From: Amphiscolops sp. MND2022
Taxonomy: Eukaryota
Direction of reading: 5' to 3'
Length of the DNA stretch: 64,000 nucleotides
NCBI GenBank assembly: GCA_964187785.1
Contig: OZ076409.1
Span: 50,160,001-50,224,000, forward strand
A program made the position numbers and the translations under genes. Under the pieces are notes generated by a model. That model was not told where the DNA came from, made no database searches, and saw only the letters and a program-made list of their open reading frames with translations. This document shows, piece by piece, positions 38,101 to 52,758 of this stretch (within the stretch, counting starts at the first letter, position 1; each line of letters begins with the position of its first letter).

Positions 38101-39989
38101 CAGCGAGAGAAGTGCCCCGCGAGAGAGAAAACGGAAACAGAACGTGTGTAAGACCGCGAATTGGTGAAAAAAGACAGCAAAAGTGCCCTTTATCCACGGT
38201 GTTTGCTTGCTGAATCCCGATTTTGCAGGACCGACCCGGAAAGCAGCATGACGGCATAATTGCAGTATCCGAGTCGGGGGTTGTACTCAGCTTGAGCGCT
38301 GGTGCCATGCCGCCTGGAAGCCCACCCACTTGGCCAAACTGGACTTTATTGTAGTAATCAAAGTATTTGCTTGATGAAATATTAGCTCGAGGGCTATTCT
38401 TACAAGGTGCTTTTACGCCGATTCCCAATGGTGAAATTCAGTTCTCCACTACCTTGTCGTTTTTATGAGCTATTTACGCAGTGGTTGTGAGAGGAAAGCG
38501 CAATTCCTGTGATTTTTAGCAGTTACAGACTGGTATCAGGTCAGAGAGCACCTATTAAGACGGTTCCCCCTCCCCGGGACCGGCTATCCTTAGGAGGACA
38601 AAGTGAGCTGGTGTTATGGTGGTTTGCCCCGGACCATATCCATGGTACCAGTTCCTCCATTCCAATGTCTCGTCACAAACTCTCAGCGCTTGCCGTTACA
38701 ATTCGTTCTACAATAAACCCAACTCGTGAACGCTCTAACCGAAACCATTTTGACAACAACTCTTCAACGTTACAAAACACCATGTCGACCAACACCTCAA
38801 CCTCGTTTTGAGAAAGACTGAAGTAAAGAAGTAGATCATTTTTAAACTCAACTTTGCGATGCCAACGTACTGTAAACGCAACACATAACACACATTTTTT
38901 GAAACAAAACCACGATTAATATGTACCACCCGAACTCATATGCCGACGCAATCACTTTTTCACGTTGGTTTTAATTCAATGTACATTTAAACACCCTGAA
39001 TTTTAATCATTATTTTTAAGAACAGACTTTTTCTAATGGTTGGTGGCGCTTTTATTTCTTTTTTGAATACGCCGACCTTCGCCATATCACCAGTCCAATT
39101 TTTTAAATGTGCCCGAAACCCCAATTTAAATAATGGTCACAAAACTCTAACTGTTACGAACAAAGTTGAAGAACCAAAACTTTTTGTTAGATCTCTCACA
39201 AAGATGCCTCTGTTACTGGTAAAACACGCACGTACCTTCATCGTTCCTTTTGCTGTTGCAAATACTGATCGAGCATTGCGTGATAACTCTCGTTAACAAA
39301 TGTCGCTAATTTCGTTAACAAATGTCGCTAATGTCGTTAACAAATTAAACAAATGTCGCTAATTTTTGAACAACATCATGAATCAAATACATATTAACAC
39401 TCTCCTTTCCACCGCTGATATAGAAAAATATTATCCCTTCTTCTATAAATATATCATAAAGTACCATAAAGACAACAATATAAACACAAGTTGTTGCTTT
39501 CCCTATCAAACCAATTTTTCCTTCAGTTTCCAAAACCACTGACATACAAACTATATTTCCATCTTTTCCCCACCTGTAGTCAAACGCTCGCACACTCTTC
39601 AGTGTGTATTTCAAAGATAGGAGTTGTGATAAAAGATCAGAGTTTTCGGAGGAAATTTAAGAGTAAATTACAAAACGTTGCTTTGGGGTTTATTCTTTAA
39701 ATCAGCGCTTTATTCCAGGACGTTTTTTTTATTTGTGTACACCATCAAGTAGCGGTTGCCATCACAGACGGCCGTCTGGAACTAGATTCCCCGTCAGATT
39801 TTGTTGATAAAATTCATCTGATGATCCTTCATGCTTCTCTCATACATTCGCGAATTAGCCACGTCTCAAATCCACACTAGATGAAGAGGTTCCAGTCGAA
39901 TACCAAAAAGATTTATATAACATTTTTTGTCCGTATGTAGCCTCTTAAGGCCTTTAGCCTTTGTCCGCAGCCTTGTTTTGTCCTCTTAA

Positions 39990-40788
39990 GAAAAAGGTCG
40001 ACTATAGTCATGGCTTTTCGTCAGTTTTTTTTTCGATACACCTGAACTGTCCAAAAGAGGTCTACCAAAAGTTCTACTTCAAGTTTTGCAAGGTCCCTTT
40101 TGGTCATCTACATACTACATTTGAACTGTAAAGGAAACCTATTCGACACTAACACAACAGAGACCGAATTTAGCGCAAACCGTATATAACGAATTCTGGA
40201 TACAACGTATACAAGATAAAACGTTCTTTGGAGAATTTTTTTATGTTACAAAAGGGTCGCTCCTTTCGATTCTTAGGATAATTAGAGTTGATGCAAAATC
40301 ATTTGAAGCCAAAGGATCCCTCTTTTTATTTTTGGTATAATTAGAGTTGATGCAAAATCATTTGAAGCCAAAGGATCACCCCTTTGGATTGTTTTCGGTA
40401 TTGTGAGATCTTATTCTTTTTCAACTTCACCGAACAGCTGTTTTATTCTCAATACTTTATGAAACGTCGTTGAAGGTTTTTTTTGGCTCTGTGATTTTTT
40501 TCTAAAACTTTCATTTGGTCAAAGGGTACCCTTCCGCTTTCATAGCGGATTTCGGCTTAACAAAAGGTAGTTTTTTGAGCTGAAAGTTCCTTTTTCGGCA
40601 CTATCAGATCTTTCCGCAAAAAAATCGTAAAGTGTTTTTCAAAGAATTAATTTTTCTGTTTCTACTTGGAGAGTTTTATGCATATCCTTTGAAGTATTTT
40701 TCGGCACTGAGAAAGTGATATAAGTGTAAAACAGTTATTCAAGGAACTTGACCGGCGGGGCGCCGACTTGGGCCGATCGCGGCTTGTT
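39990..40788 (-). repeat. Inverted copy of the AACAAG repeat family (left boundary uncertain)
   Basis: Minus strand begins AACAAGCCGCGATCGGCCCAAGTCGGCGCC. Confidence 0.45.
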
Positions 40789-41182
40789 ACTTTGAAACTT
40801 CGCTATTTCGAATGTTTGAAGTTTGTTGTTCCAATCACTGACTGGTCAGTCTGTCGTCCAACGGGCGCTTGAGTATTTTGATAATTAAAACAATGTAACA
40901 CTGCTGCGCAATAAATGCTACACAGTGCGAAAATGGACAACTTGACTGTTATATCCGAGCTCAAAAAGATGTGAAAAGCTTCACTCAGTTATTCAACGAC
41001 AAATTGCCGCAGGTCATTGTGTTCTGTATTCCTTGTTTTGAAGATTTCTGTAACCATTATCTTAAACTTTTAGCACATTTGTTGACGCCTGACAATTGCA
41101 AGATGAGAGACTCAAATTGGAACATCCTGGATGAAACATATGACTCAAAACCCTAAAAAAAACTTTGTCAAGGTTTCAGTTT

Positions 41183-41697
41183 AACAAGGCGGGAACAGTA
41201 AAGGTCGGCGCCATATCGAAGGCTCAAAAATAGCAAAAGGACTCCAAAGTGACAAGGAATCTTTCACAGTACCTGAAAAACCCAAAAGTTGAAGCGAATT
41301 AGCGCGCTGAAAGAAGGGCCCTTTCGGATTTTTTAAAACATCCATTGTTGCAAAAACTTCGAAGAAATGAAGGGTTGGATTTTTGGGAAAATTTTTTATT
41401 CAGAAAAAGTAGTCTCAAAATGCCGAAAAAAAATAGAAGCCATTCTGTCACCAAACATAATAGTCTCACAATGCCGAAAGAACCCAACGAGAGGACCCTT
41501 TAGTCTCGCCCGGAACTGTATGTCACGCGGAAAAACAGGAAAAACCTATTTGGTTAATTTCGCTAGGCCAAATGGTTCAATTTGACACCATAAAAGTTCG
41601 TAAAACTCTGTAGAACAATTTTGGTCAGTTCGTGTGGATTGAAAAGAAAGAGTCACTATAATAGACGCGTTTCACTTCATGAATCGCCGACTAAAAA
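41183..41697 (+). mobile_element. Non-autonomous Helentron/HINE-like repeat
   Basis: Starts AACAAG; ends CTATAATAG plus imperfect hairpin GCGTTTCACTTCATGAATCGC and CTAAAAA. Confidence 0.5.
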
Positions 41698-42099
41698 CAA
41701 GGTACTATTTTTGGCCAAATTGTTGGTGTGTCAAAAAAGCCCCTTTTTGAGAAACACTTATTCAATCATCTCGATGTATCAACTCTGCATGTACATACCA
41801 CAAATGCTAACGCAATTTGACTCAGAGCATCCGATATCGTATCTGTTCCCGGACAATTAGCATCGCAGGTGGGGTGAGTCGACTCCTTCGAAGCGCAATT
41901 TTGCAATACAGTTTTACATGTGATTTTCTCATACAACCTTGAAAGATAACGTTTCGAAGTGGTGATTTTTATATTGTGTAAACATACCATCTGAGAGCAC
42001 CTTATCAACGTTCAATACCCACCCTGTGGGGTTTCTACATAGCAAATAACTTTCAAAAAACACTAACATTACATTTATTTATACTTCATAGATTGACTT

Positions 42100-45000
42100 T
42101 TATATATCGAATGTATAACATTACACGGGATGTATAACATAACTAGTCAGATCCAAAACTACTGAAGCTGTATCACTCAAGTTTGATCTTAGGACTGTTT
42201 CATTTCCCAATTCAATTCTTCATACTTTTTTTCGACTTTTGGCTAACGATTAAGGGCGACTAGGATAGTTACTCTCATCTTGTGGAGAGTGGAACGTGTT
42301 AAGAGACAAGGATCCATATCAGTCAAGTTAAAGCTTTTGTATTCTAACGATCTGCGGTACCAATCAACGAATTCAGGTCGGCCAACGTTTGGTCAAGTGG
42401 ATATATCAAGCAGCCGTTACTTTCGGTGACCTACCTGACCCAGACATCATCAATTGGGCGGAGATCATGAAGAGGGCGGACAACTTGATTATCATTCATT
42501 TGCTGGACAGCCCGAAAAACACTTTTCGAACTTGTGAAAGAATACAGTCAACGACTACTGCTTAACCACTGTTCTCGAACTATACAAAGCAATGTTTGCT
42601 TCAAAGTGGTCTCATCTGGGCTCTTCTGGGTCTATAGTGTACTCTGCGGCTTGGGCTACTTTTGAAGACTCTGGAAGACTGTATTCGAAGTGAGGTTACC
42701 AGAGATCTAGGGTAAATAGTGTACTCTGGGGTTCTCGGGTTACTGCATCAGCTTGTTGGGAACCGTATCCGCAGTGGAGTATTTGGTCTCTTTTTGTCAA
42801 ATAGTGTACTCTGGCGTTGGTTCTTTTTCCAAAATAGCTAAACCTAAGAGAATCGCTGGCAAAAGAATTGACAACCAATTTAACTGTTCCTTGGACAAAC
42901 TCCAGTGGCAGAACAACATAAAAGCAATTCTAAACATTGAAGCAAAAGAGGATATTATACATGCTGAGCTGCGCGAAGAAAACATGACGAATGAGAACCT
43001 TGCAGACCTTCCGCCGAACCGACTAGACCTAATGAATAGATGGAACAAACTAAGCGCGGAGAACAAAGCGCTCTTGAAAACCAAGTATTACCCAGATAGG
43101 ACGGATAAGAAAGGCGACAGATTACACAGATATCAGTATGAAAAAAAAATATTAAAAGGACGACACTAAGACATTGGTCAGAAGCTCACTATGATGCGGA
43201 GCCTAAAAATAAAAGACATATAAAGGAGTTCCTACAACTTCAAAACTCTAAAGGGAAATGTGATTAACTGCTTCAAGAAAACGAAAAAGTTTTGATAGGA
43301 ATCGTTATATTGTTTGCATTTCAGAGGATCTCAATTTTTCAAAAGAAAACAACGAAGAAACTGTTAAAAGTTGAGCTGAAGTTTAGGTAAAACTGAAGGG
43401 GTGTTCATTACTAGTGACCATACTTCGATCTTCCGTGAATTGCTTTGTATGGATGAATCATGACCGGTGCAAGGGCGGTGGTGTAAGAGCAAGACTTCAA
43501 ATCCTGTGAAAATTCTCCTCGAAAAGTTGAAAAGTTGTGCATGAAAGAAGACTACAGAGTGCCATCAGACCCATTTCGTTTGTAGTGAATTGTCTTGTCA
43601 TTGACGTCACATCGCTACCAGGAGAAAGAGATCAGTGTGCAAGCAAGGCGCATTTGAAGAACAACCAAACAGAAACAGCAGTTAATTCTAAGCGATTAAA
43701 AGCGAGATCCAACGCTTGCAAACGTGAATAACTCTCGGGAAACAGTTCTGTCACGGAAGCCGCGCCTGTAAAGTTGAAGAAGGCTTTTCAGTTAGGAAAT
43801 TTTTCAACTCCCAATCTACCAATACCGAGTAACAAGTCGAGAATGATACAGTACCGCCACACGTGGCAACCCCCGTCTGCTTCACTGCTACCACACACAG
43901 TCAATTCCCACCCACACCAATCAAAACCATCAGTCTACCAGAAAGTTATCGCAACTGAAGTTAGCAGAGTTATCAGGTGGCCCATTAATGTGCCCCAATG
44001 TTCAGGTGTGTTTCTGACACCTGTACACGCTGCAAATTTTGACACCGCTCCAGGATGAACCACCTCAAGACATTGGTTACTGGGAAAGCTGAGGAAGTCT
44101 TTGCTGGACTAGCCTCTACCTGATCATTGTACAATGCTGTTTGGAAAACCTTGGTCGGGTGACACCACAAAGAGTAATTAACTCACAAGTAGACGAGTGA
44201 ACACTTTTCCAACAGTGAAAGCGTACGACTCTGTAGCATTGGTCATCTTCTCGAGAGTAGCTTCAAATGGAGTACAAGTTGTGAAGCAAAAAAGTATGGT
44301 GAGGATTTGCAGTCAGAAGGCGTCCTGTGTAGTGCAACCAGGAAACTGTCCGTGAACATGCAGACAAATTGATTGACTTACGTGACACAAGACGCCACTT
44401 ACTATTTCGGTCTTGAAGTTTCGTCTCATAGTTGAAAGAGTTGGCAGCGGTGCAGGAAGACTTTGTCATGACTGGCAATCCCAATGCCGGTAAATAAAAG
44501 TCAACAAGTAACGACAAACCAAAAACCAATAGACTCTCTACTTTTTCTGACAACAATACCGGCACGAAGACGATCAAAGATCTTATTTTGAAGTTTGGTA
44601 AACATTCTTTGTGGAAATGCGGTAAACTTTTGAGGATGACTTGTCAAACGCAATTTTGAAAAGGCTCAAAAGTTCTGCTTTCGAGAGTTACCTGAGAATA
44701 ATGGTGAAAAAATGCACAAAAAGGGCGTGTGGTGTCATGTGTTGTAGCAGCCGGAACCATCGATAGCTGCCTCGAAAGCAATCGGACGGCCGAAGAGAGT
44801 GGAGCAGAAGACCCAAAACAGAAAACGGGTGTGAAGTCAGCGTTTTGCCCAACAAAGAGCAGTAGAGATCATCTGGTTATTCCTGTCAGCGTCCAAAATG
44901 GCAGAAGCAATAATCAAGCTTGGCGTTCTGTGACTCTGAAGTAAATCTCTCGTTCATAGAAAGGATATTGGCAATCTAAGTGCACACGGTGAAAAAAATT

Positions 45001-45340
45001 GTCCTGAGTATGACTGAAGTACATAGGACAATTGACGTGAAATGTGAACAAATCAGCGTGTGGATTGATGGCTAGGCAAAGAGTGACACACAAAACTTGA
45101 CAGTCTACACTCAGCCAAACGTAGATTCTGTCACAAAGAACTATAACTACATAACTATCGAGAGCTCAACCATGCTTTTCCTCATTTGTCCATGCTAGGC
45201 AACAAAACTTTGAAACTCAAACATGTACAAAAAATATGGGTACAAAACTGCTACCATATACTTGGGCCGAAAAAATCGCTGCACCATTACCGAGCTGTTG
45301 GCAGTGAAAACAAAACTTGAATGGACACTCCGTCACAAGA
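42100..45340 (+). mobile_element. Second, heavily decayed BEL/Pao element (LTR end and gag-protease remnants)
   Basis: CAAGCAGCCGTTACA at 42406-42420 equals the BEL LTR end; MNHLKTLVTGKAEE near 44055; AVKTKLEWTL near 45300. Confidence 0.75.
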
Positions 45341-47465
45341 CATATCCCGGAAAAACGTATTTTGGTCACGCAGCGTAATCTGTTTAATACGTTCAATGGT
45401 GATTCGGCGATTCGGCGTATGACATTTAAGACGGTCTACTCCTGGGAGGTGTAGCTGTGTCAACGCGCGTAATGGAAATTAGTGTAAACTAGTCGAGGAG
45501 CCTAGTTAGTGAAAAGTGGAAGTTGGTCGAAAAATGCACTTTTCCGTAAGTCAATCAAACTTGGATTAACTTCCACTTATTACACTCCTTACAAGTATAG
45601 CTATCCACAATTTGCAGTAAGTGGAATGTGGTCAAAGTTTGAATAGGTTACACCAAGTATTTATGCATTTAATTTTCAGTCTTCGTTTTACTTCCAATTC
45701 AAACCAAGACATCATAAAACTGTCAAGTTAAGCAAAGATTCATTAAACAATTAGTTATCATTACATAGCAGTAACGTTCATTTTAAACATAAACTGCATT
45801 GCGCACGTGTTCGTGTGTATTTCATCCATGCATTACAAGTCGAATCTAATTACCTTGAAGCTACTAATTAGTAACAAGACCACAATTGATCGATCTGTCA
45901 CCGAGTTTTGGAACTAGTTAGTTTTGGTCCCTGTCAGAAACCAGTTGTTTAGGCTGATCATGGCCATCGGTCGCCCTTATCATCCTATTTTGAACTAGAA
46001 GAAAAATAGTGATTTCAAAGCTGCCCTCATGAAATAGTTGCTAAGCTATCTTTAAATTTGGTCTCTGTCGTTAGGTATGCTGACGTCACCGGAATGATTG
46101 GCCAACCAATTGATGATCTGGTTAATTAGGCGCAGGGTCTTTTGAGCCAGGGTAAAATCACTGATCAATTATAATTTCTGATTTATGAAATGTCCAATAG
46201 GAAAATTTGTGTTCCAGGAGGATCTTTTGAAGGAGTAAATGCAATTTTTCAATGAAAAAAGCCTCCAATTGAAACTTTCGATGAGTGTGATGGCTTAGAA
46301 TGTGAAAGCGTTCAAAAGGAAAAGCATTCGTTGTCGAAAAGGTTTTCCCGAAGAAATAGTTGCATTTTGTATTGAAATAATGCCTCAAAACTATATCGAA
46401 ATTAACAAAAACTCCAAACAATTCGAATTCTTTGTGTTTTAATAAACTTTTTGTGAAATTCTCGAAAGACTTGATGACTTTAATTGTTAAAATTGTGTAG
46501 TCCGGGAGGTTTTTCTGAAGCAATAAGCAATAAGGAAGAACCTTCTAAAAAAACATTCAAATTACAATCAAAAAAGACAAACAATGCAACGTAAAAACGT
46601 ACCGTAGATCGTTGTCCACGAGGATGGTGCGGGGAGATAAAAGAAGTTTGGTACGAAAAAATGCGACATTGACCAAAAAAATAGAAACGAATCTCATCTC
46701 TTTTACAATTTTTGTTTTCTAACGCATTTTTTGTAAAATTGTAAACGTTTCCTTTGATTCCAACTCTGACACTAAGTTTGTTGTCCAGTAGGCTTTTTGA
46801 AGGGATAAATGCAGTTTTCTGATAAAATTTCTCTGATTTAAGTTGACACCTAAGTTGTCGAAAAGTCCGAGATCTTTCAGTTTAGTTACCTTCTTCATGT
46901 TATTTGAGTACAACCTCTGAAAATTTTCGTGTTTTAAAAGTTTCAAAATGTTCAAAGGCGAAATAATAAGATAAGCAGTGTCCTTTTTGATGAGAAAATT
47001 ACTGCGTTGCGCATCAGAAACACTTCGAAACGACCCCAGTGAGTCGGAATATCAAAAATTAGAAACGTTTAAACGTTTTTGTGCAAAGTCTGTACACTTT
47101 TCGGAATGTTTCAAGAGTTAGAATAACAGAAGAGTGCAATAACAAATGCACTTCTTATTCAGTTGGGTTTTGTGGTGAGGCTTTGCTGGTTTGTGTTTGA
47201 AAAATGTCTCAATATGAACCGAAAAGTGTAATAAGCAAGTAAGCATTTTGAAGTAAAACCGTTTAGCTTTCTAGGTAGAAAAGGATCTCAGAATGACCGA
47301 AGTGATTCAAAAATCCTAAAATTTTGTAACGAGTTTTCCTAGAAATTTTGTACACACAATTCACACTTCGCATAAATTTACATTTTCACTGATCCCGAGA
47401 GTGTGAAATTAAGCGAAGTCGACTGTATCATTGAATTCTAGACAATCTGCAGAATCCGAAATCTA

Positions 47466-48245
47466 CATTACGACGCATAACCCTACACTTTTTGAAAACT
47501 GCGGAATGGACTGCTAACCGGAGGTAGCACCTACCTGACCTGGAATCCGCTGTTTAAAATGACGGATTTCAAAGACACACTTTATAACACGTGCAGCGGA
47601 ATCCGCTTGCAATTTTTTCTGGATTCCGGGGACAATCTCTTTACATTGAATTTTTGGTGGATTCCAGAGGCATATCTTATTATATTAGACTGCTGCTTTT
47701 ATTAGATTGCTTGCATTAGTCTGCGGAATCCGCTGTCACTGCCCCGGATTCCGCTGGTACTGTTCCGGATTCCGCTGTCACTGCCCAGGAATCCGCTGTG
47801 AGCAGCATTAGAGTGCACAGGCAAGCCTTATTTGCTCAAAGCGCAACATAGTGCTTTCAATATCTCGGATTCCGCGACCATACCTCTAACCGTGCAAAAT
47901 TGGCAAATTACGTCATTTGTCCCGGATTCCACAAACAAGCATTCCACGGACAAGCAGCGAAATTTTCGTGTCCCGGATTCCACGAAAAGCAGCAAAAAGC
48001 TTGCCTGTGCACTGTAATGAGCGGATTCCACGATTTCGAGCTGACCAATGCAGCGGATTCTGCGATTTTGCCTTATCGTCAACTGAAATTGCGAGAAATT
48101 ATATACTGCGGTATTAGTCCCTGAATTCCGCGCGGCGAATTTCGCTCTTTGCGGTTGGTATGTTTTAAAGCTTGGCCCAGGATTCCACTGCTCAAACGGC
48201 TCAACTTTGAGCCGCACAAAAAGTGTAGGGTTATGCGTCGTAATG
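47466..48245. mobile_element. MITE with 29-bp perfect TIRs, TA TSD and dense GGATTCC/GGAATCC internal motifs
   Basis: TA|CATTACGACGCATAACCCTACACTTTTTG ... CAAAAAGTGTAGGGTTATGCGTCGTAATG|TA. Confidence 0.9.
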
Positions 48246-50427
48246 TATGTTTTTGGAAAAAAATCCGAATACCTGTCCAAAACTGTGAAAAAATTTTACA
48301 AGTCTTCTTTCTGCGCCAAAGATTTAACTTGATGCGCCAATAAAAAATCAAAGGGAGGGCAATTAAGCAATTGGTTGATAACGACACTCAGCACTTAGGG
48401 GGACGATTTGTACTGTGTATAGGGGGGTTGATCACAGTATTGTACTTGAAAGCCATGACTTCGTCTTTCATATGTCATTTCAATTACATGCTTTTCTCGC
48501 GAACAGGTTAGAAGAATTGCTGTTGGGTGAAAAGGTCAGAAAAGGTATGAACAAATTTTGCCAATCCTTATCGAACACTGCAGCGCTTTGTTGGAGAAAA
48601 AATCAATTAACCTCTTGATGGGGTTTCGTTTTGAAAATTCATGGAAAATTCAATGGATTTAATATATGTTTATTCCGTGGAATGGGTTTATTATCTTAAT
48701 TCTCACTATATATCACATTCACATATTCTTAGTGAAAACTTGGTTAATCTTCATTTTAACGGAAAAATGAAAGGAAATACTAACTTTTCTTTTTATTCTC
48801 TCGCAATGACGGAATTTGAATATCAGTTTTTTGTGAAAATTTAGTTACATCTGCAGGATAGATAACTCAATTAGTTATCTGGAGACAGATGACCATTGCG
48901 TGAAATTCTATTATAGTCTATCACAGAAAAACTATAATGACAGCTATAATAATCACATCATAACTACTATAATAACGGCTATTATATATAAATATCGAAA
49001 TTCTATGATATAGTTCTAATATTACCGCGATTATCGAACACATTGTTAATATGAACTTACTTTATGAGCAATACAAATTATCAACATATTCCGCAACTAG
49101 GCATGGATACCTCTCAAAATGGTGAAACAACCAATTGATGATTGCTATCCAAACAAATTCATGTTCAATCATTATCCATTTTGTGATAAATTTTGTGAAA
49201 TCAGTTTCCCCAGAAAAGATTTTTTCGGGAAACTACTATAATCATACTGCTCTCAAAATATAAAGCTTTAAAGCTATCGTGGAGTTATTTTCACATGTTG
49301 TTTATAGTATAGCTATGTTAACGTGTATAATGAATGATAATGGGGTCATCTCTATAAACTTTCCAAGTATAAATGATTTCAATCAGTTTCCATTTTTCCT
49401 GAAGCGTTTATTGTTCTTTGACCGGCGAGTGAATCATTGGAGTTTTTAGAGTTCAAATGGCAAGAAGAGAATTTGAGAAGCTGAATTACTGATAAAAATT
49501 ATGACCTCGTTCTCTTTTTTTGTCTCAAATTGACTCAAAGTGAATCCGAAGAAAGGTACAAATTGTAGTTTGTGTTAAATTCCTAACATATATGAATGTC
49601 ATTACTCTACGGAAATACGTTTGTAATTTTTAGTACTGAATTTAATTTTCGGATTGGAATCTTGTCCTAATATCGGAAGAAGTTAGAATTCTGCATTAAA
49701 AAAGTTAGTTCCAGTTTTTAGGTATCTCTATGTTTTGTGTCGACACTTGAAGTTCGCGAACTCACTTTTTCTGAGAACCTTCTTGACCCAGGAAAATGAT
49801 AACACGATGAAATATTTTATTAAATGTCTGCCAACATCCTACAGTTTCAAAATACCCTCCACTTTTGTAAGTTTTCCAACCATCCACCTCATGCGATTTC
49901 TGTTTTCTGAAGATACAGCTGACTGCTTGTTTATGTTCATTAGATATCAAAAAAATCAAAACTCAATTATTGGTGCAAGCTTCTTCGACTCGAATCATCA
50001 AAGATTTGCGCAGTGTATATCTGTACAGAACATTATTGCTTTCAACATATTCAGTATAAAGTATTCCGTGGAACTAAGCTGATATCACTTTTCGACAATA
50101 TATTTTGGCTCAGGTTTTACTTTCTTGGAAAATAGAGGTATCCTGGAATTTTGCAGAATCCGGGCGGATATATTTCTTATACTTCCAATTTCACCGTTTG
50201 TTTTTTTCTTTTTTCCAAAATCAAAAAACACACTAATCACTTATGTGATATTTTTCAAAATATTATTTCAAAATTTAGTTTTTCACAGAAACAAATTGAG
50301 ATATAACCTTCGACCAAGCGTCCAGCAGTTTTCAAAGAATTCGGATTACTAAATGGCGACAACAACAAGCTGCAACCAGTTAGTCCAAAAAAGTTTCAAA
50401 TTTCGCCTTGAATATTTGTTATCAAAA

Positions 50428-51989
50428 TTAGAAGATTGTTTGTAAATCATTGTTGATTGTATTGATATGTATTCCTAGCCGTTCCTCCAATCTAATCCCA
50501 TCAACGGTGATGTTGTCTCTTTTGTTATAAGTAGTGGTAGCTTTATCATCTTGTTGTTTGTTTTCACCGATGCTTCTGTTTTTCCTATAAATTCGATTTT
50601 GATGATTGTTTACATCTCGGTATGTGGAAATTAGTGGTTCCACTTCAGTTGTTTTGTTGAATGAGCAATGTGGGATTAGTGTCACTGGTGATCCACTGTC
50701 TGTAATGAATTCGATTGGTCTCTCGTTGACCAATAGTATTGTATTGTAGAACACTTTCTTGATATTTCCGTTTATCTTCTGAATTTTGTTGTAATCCAAA
50801 TTGTCTTCTTCTGCTGAAGATGACTTTCTTCCGATGTGTTGTATTTTCTTCGTTGACCTGCACATCTTTTCGTAATGTCCCCTTTCTTCGACATTTTGGG
50901 GATTTAGCTAGACAGTTATGCATTCTTGACCAGTTTGATGCACCGCACTGCCCGCATCGGTTATCTCTCTGTCTTGGTTTTTGACTGTCCAGTTTTTTTG
51001 GGTCTTTCGTAACTGGATTTGTCTGACTATTTTCTTTTATATCGTCCGTCTTGGATGTGTTGTATTTCCTTGCCGTCGTTCGAGTTATTTGATTCGTTTA
51101 GTCTATCATACATGTACTCATATATCCAATCTGTGATTGTCTCGATGGTCATATCGCTTTTTCGTATTTTCTTCTCTAATTTACAATCACCCGTTGATCT
51201 ACCGATCCATGATAAATATTTTGAAGCGATTAATTCCGCGAAGGTCGCGTTCTCGAATTCGCAGTTTTTTTCTACTTGTAGGATTTTTGTCCAGACGTCT
51301 TCGGTTGTTTCATTTCTCTCTCTTGAAATTCCAAAAAAGTCAGCTCGACTGTGAAACTTCTTGCGTTCTTGAATAAAATGTAGTCTGAATAGAGAATACA
51401 ATTGGTTTTTATCCATTCTGTTTGGATCATTTTTGAACGGTCCGTGTCATCTCGGTAATTGCAGATTCCCCCAGTGCCCATATGAATAGGTCTCTAATCC
51501 GTTCCTCGAGTTTTGTTTGATATTGTTCCAGTATTTCTCTGTCGGTGGTCATTATGTTCAGATCGATGTTTTGTGTTATCTGTATGTATTTTGTAAATCC
51601 ACGCCACCACAGGTTGGTTTCTTGGATTCCTCTTTTTTCAAAGGTGGTTAAGGTGATTTTCTGGTGTGTTTTCTCGTTTTTTTTGTGGCTCCTCGTTCCA
51701 AGCCTTCTCCATTTGAAGAGCTTGTGCTCCAAATTTTTATTATTTACCATTGTCGTTCACTCTGACTGCGCCATGTTCTATACTAGGAAGTAAATGGTAT
51801 ATAGGCTTGTAACAATGTATTGATCTCTTGTTCTAAGTACAACTGATTGTAATCGAACGTATGCAAAATAATAATAATATACATGTACAAGCAGCATACA
51901 TTAATGAAACTCAAAGGCTGACAGCTACTTTACTATCAAAGTATAATGTTGACCTTTAATGAACTGAACTTAAATTGTGACGTAATACA
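50428..51989 (-). mobile_element. 5' fragment of a Mag-like Gypsy element: short LTR, PBS, gag, protease
   Basis: LTR ~51774-51989 ends AGAACA, followed by PBS TGGCGCAGTC (tRNA-Ser-like); knuckle CGQCG...C...GHYEKMC; protease FITDSGSPVTLI; frameshifted. Confidence 0.8.
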
Positions 51990-52758
51990 TAATGTCACAA
52001 TTCCTGATTTAAAGTATTCTAAATTGTACAAGCGTTTCGAAGGCTACATTTTAGTTTCCAAATCGTGTGAAAAGACTTTTCATTCTTGTGCCTTTTTGAG
52101 CAAAAACAATTATCAAAAACGTTGTCTGAAGACATAACGCTTTCGTTTTTCATGCACAAATACTGGATTCTTTTCAGTTTCATACTACTTTTTATTAGAA
52201 TCTCCTTATCTGAGACCAAATAAGTTCAAAGAGTTTGGGCCCTGAAATCAAACACAAACGGTTAAGCACCGTTAAACATTTTTGTCAGAAGCTAAACGGG
52301 ACGAGGCCTCGGGTGTATAATTTTACTTTTCGCGCAATTAGTGACATGTGGCATACTTCTTATCATACAAAGACATTTCTTTGAAGCTATTTTAGATTGT
52401 CATTTCGTGTTTTTTGTGTAAAGTTCTACAGTTAGGTTTGAAAACTTTAGAAAAGTCACAGCGACATTTGTTTTTTTTCAAAATAATTTGAAAATGTCGT
52501 AACTCCGCACTTTTGGTTGTAATCTTTTCGGTTTGACCTTTTGATCATCTTCGACGGCTCATTTTCTGGTTTCCTATCATAAGCAGCGACTCCGCACAAA
52601 GCTGGCGTTTCCTTTTGCCTGAGAAAAATGCTTACTCTTTAATGACCAAGTTAGCATTTACTGTTCCAAATTGCAGAACAAAATCAGGGCCATCTTCGAA
52701 GATTTCATTACACGCACCAGGACAAAGTGTCAATTACAATGCACCAATTGGCTGGAAG

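Noticed and set aside
38860..39950. Possible Polinton or viral gene remnants
   Set aside because: No diagnostic motif could be read with confidence.
40278..40378. Short local duplications (also 39292-39363, 35156-35198, 24932-24974)
   Set aside because: Ordinary slippage duplications with no further structure.
37893..40788. A single 2.9-kb TIR transposon
   Set aside because: The same terminus also starts a third copy at 41183, so these are more likely independent oppositely oriented repeats.
46081..46111. TGACGTCA plus CCAAT boxes as a promoter
   Set aside because: No associated gene is visible, and such short motifs arise by chance.
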